Source: an uncultured Candidatus Actinomarina sp. (GTDB taxonomy: Bacteria > Actinomycetota > Acidimicrobiia > Actinomarinales > Actinomarinaceae). From it: a stretch of 64,000 nucleotides of DNA. Made by a program: the position numbers and the translations under genes. The number at the start of each line of letters is the position of its first letter. Position 1 is the stretch's first letter. Below the pieces are notes generated by a model that was not told where the DNA came from, searched no databases, and worked only from the letters and a program-made list of their open reading frames with translations. Below, piece after piece: positions 62,587-64,000 of this stretch. The DNA is taken from contig CACJXH010000001.1 of the NCBI GenBank assembly GCA_902597375.1, positions 12,195-76,194 of the forward strand. The letters are read 5' to 3'.

Positions 62587-63069
62587 ATGCCAACATTTGA
62601 TATAACCTCAACATTTGACAAACAAGAAGTAACTAACGCAGTTGATCAAATGAATAGAGAATTAGTAAATAGATATGATTTTAGAGATACGAATACTTCT
62701 GCCTTGCTATCTGAAAATGTCATAACAATAAAAAGCAGTACAGATGAAAGATTAAACGCAGCAGATCAAGTTCTGAAAGAAAAATTTGCTAAAAGAAATA
62801 TTTCAATTAAATTTTTATCTGACTTTCAAGATGAAAAAACACCATCTGAATCAAAAAGAATTTATACTTTAAAATCTGGTATTAACAAAGATATAGCAAA
62901 AGAAATAGTTAAAGATTTAAAAGGCAACTTTAAAAAAATTCAAAGTAGCATTCAAGATGGGTCAATTAGAGTTTCTGGGAAAAAAAGAGACGAATTGCAA
63001 GAAGTAATCTCATACTTAAAGTCAAATGATTACAACATATACTTGAATTATGGAAATTTTAGAGATTAA
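62587..63069 (+). CDS. yajQ: YajQ-family nucleotide-binding protein (UPF0234)
   Basis: 160 aa starting MPTFDITSTFDKQEVTNAVDQMNRELVNRYDFRDT, a textbook YajQ N-terminus. Confidence 0.8.
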   Translation: MPTFDITSTFDKQEVTNAVDQMNRELVNRYDFRDTNTSALLSENVITIKSSTDERLNAADQVLKEKFAKRNISIKFLSDFQDEKTPSESKRIYTLKSGINKDIAKEIVKDLKGNFKKIQSSIQDGSIRVSGKKRDELQEVISYLKSNDYNIYLNYGNFRD

Positions 63070-63274
63070 GTTTATTCTTAAATGCCTTATATCCTATTCG
63101 TGATAAAAATATTGAAAATATAAAGATCATACCTGTTTCATATGCATTTAAAGAAAGCTCTCTTGAAAAATAGTATGCAAATATGACAATAAAGAAACCA
63201 TAGATTGCTCTAAAAATTGAAAATATAAAAAATGATTTAAATATAGGATTCTTTAAAAATTTTTGGAATATCAA
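63059..63274 (-). CDS. Small hydrophobic protein (2 TM), hypothetical
   Basis: 71 aa ORF translationally coupled (4-nt overlap) to the DCC-family gene upstream. No motifs recognised. Confidence 0.25.
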   Translation of the reverse strand: MIFQKFLKNPIFKSFFIFSIFRAIYGFFIVIFAYYFSRELSLNAYETGMIFIFSIFLSRIGYKAFKNKLNL

Positions 63275-63588
63275 TTTGATTTAAATATTCTGTGTCGATT
63301 TTTAGATATAAATTTATAAATGATATCTCTAAAAATTTTTGGGAATATCTTTAAAGCAAAAATTACTTTGTAAAAGCCACCAAGATCATATGTAGATTGT
63401 ATGAAAGCCTCTGCACCATAATATCTAAGATTATCCCTCTCATAAACTATTTCGTCTCTTTCAATATCTTCTTTGGAAAGTTCTAATTGATTTTTTATTG
63501 ATATTTGTGAGGATCTTTTTTGAAGAAAATTTCCATAAGTTTGACACATTACACATTCTTGATCTATGTAAGCTTTATTCATTTTCAT
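63271..63588 (-). CDS. Thiol-disulfide oxidoreductase DCC-family protein (DUF393)
   Basis: 105 aa with an N-terminal Cys pair ([10 protein letters not shown]) and the C-terminal R..IY.FI..NR.R.F tail typical of DCC proteins. Confidence 0.55.
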   Translation of the reverse strand: MKMNKAYIDQECVMCQTYGNFLQKRSSQISIKNQLELSKEDIERDEIVYERDNLRYYGAEAFIQSTYDLGGFYKVIFALKIFPKIFRDIIYKFISKNRHRIFKSN

Positions 63589-63946
63589 TAAAGCTTAAGC
63601 TTAAGGAGTTTACACAATATCTGAGTCCGGTAGGCCGGGGTCCATCTGGAAAAACATGACCAAGGTGAGCATTACAATTACGACAACTTATTTCAATTCT
63701 TTTCATGCCATAAGAGAGATCTTCTTTAGTTGTAATCGTATCATCAAGTGCATCATAAAAACTAGGCCACCCAGTTCCTGATTCAAATTTTGTATCTGAT
63801 TCAAAAAGTGAAAAGTCACAAACTACACAACTGTAAATACCTTCTCTTTTTTCATAAAGAAGTTCGCCTGAGAAAGGTGGTTCAGTGCCGCAGTTTTGGG
63901 TAACTTCAAATTGTTCTTGGCTTAAATGATTTTTATTTAATTCCAT
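63575..63946 (-). CDS. msrB: Peptide-methionine (R)-S-oxide reductase MsrB
   Basis: 123 aa with two CxxC zinc motifs ([17 protein letters not shown]) and the catalytic region RYCVNS. Confidence 0.85.
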   Translation of the reverse strand: MELNKNHLSQEQFEVTQNCGTEPPFSGELLYEKREGIYSCVVCDFSLFESDTKFESGTGWPSFYDALDDTITTKEDLSYGMKRIEISCRNCNAHLGHVFPDGPRPTGLRYCVNSLSLSFNENE

Positions 63947-64000
63947 ATGGTAATTTTAAATCAAGCAGGATTAAAGTAAATTTCTGTAATTTCTTCAAAA

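Overview
This 64 kb window comes from a very AT-rich (roughly 30% GC by eye), tightly packed genome. Gene order is overwhelmingly actinobacterial: efp-nusB; mihF-gmk-rpoZ-coaBC-priA; def-fmt-rpe-ribD/E/BA/H; infC-rpmI-rplT-pheST; mpg-tyrS; garA-merR-BFN-merR; der-cmk-rluB-scpBA-xerD-pyrG-nadK; pafBC-tatAC-helY-like. Most likely it is a streamlined low-GC marine or freshwater actinobacterium; this is an inference and was not searched. The window holds a complete rrn operon (16S-23S-5S, short ITS, no tRNA seen) whose GC content contrasts sharply with the flanks. It also holds four aminoacyl-tRNA synthetase genes (aspS partial, alaS, pheST, tyrS), the full riboflavin operon, and an oppABCDF-type ABC importer with a lipoprotein substrate-binding protein. 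Chromosome-segregation genes (scpAB, xerD), the tatAC pair and many housekeeping enzymes are present. Genes overlap by 1 to 30 nt almost everywhere (ATGA and TAATG junctions), consistent with genome streamlining. No CRISPR, transposase or phage genes were seen. The most unusual segment is the accessory-looking block just downstream of the rrn terminator (25.5 to 30.4 kb). It contains tandem paralogous small membrane proteins, a divergent MBL-fold hydrolase, and a translationally coupled operon of a GGT-family protein whose catalytic Thr appears substituted, a SURF1-like protein and an alpha/beta hydrolase. Other points worth checking are: a helicase-dead PriA; a D,D-carboxypeptidase whose signal peptide lies upstream of any canonical start codon inside the conserved garA-merR locus; pafBC-like WYL regulators retained with no Pup-proteasome genes; an unannotated tatA; and phased TTTAGAAAA repeats in front of a mini-ORF.
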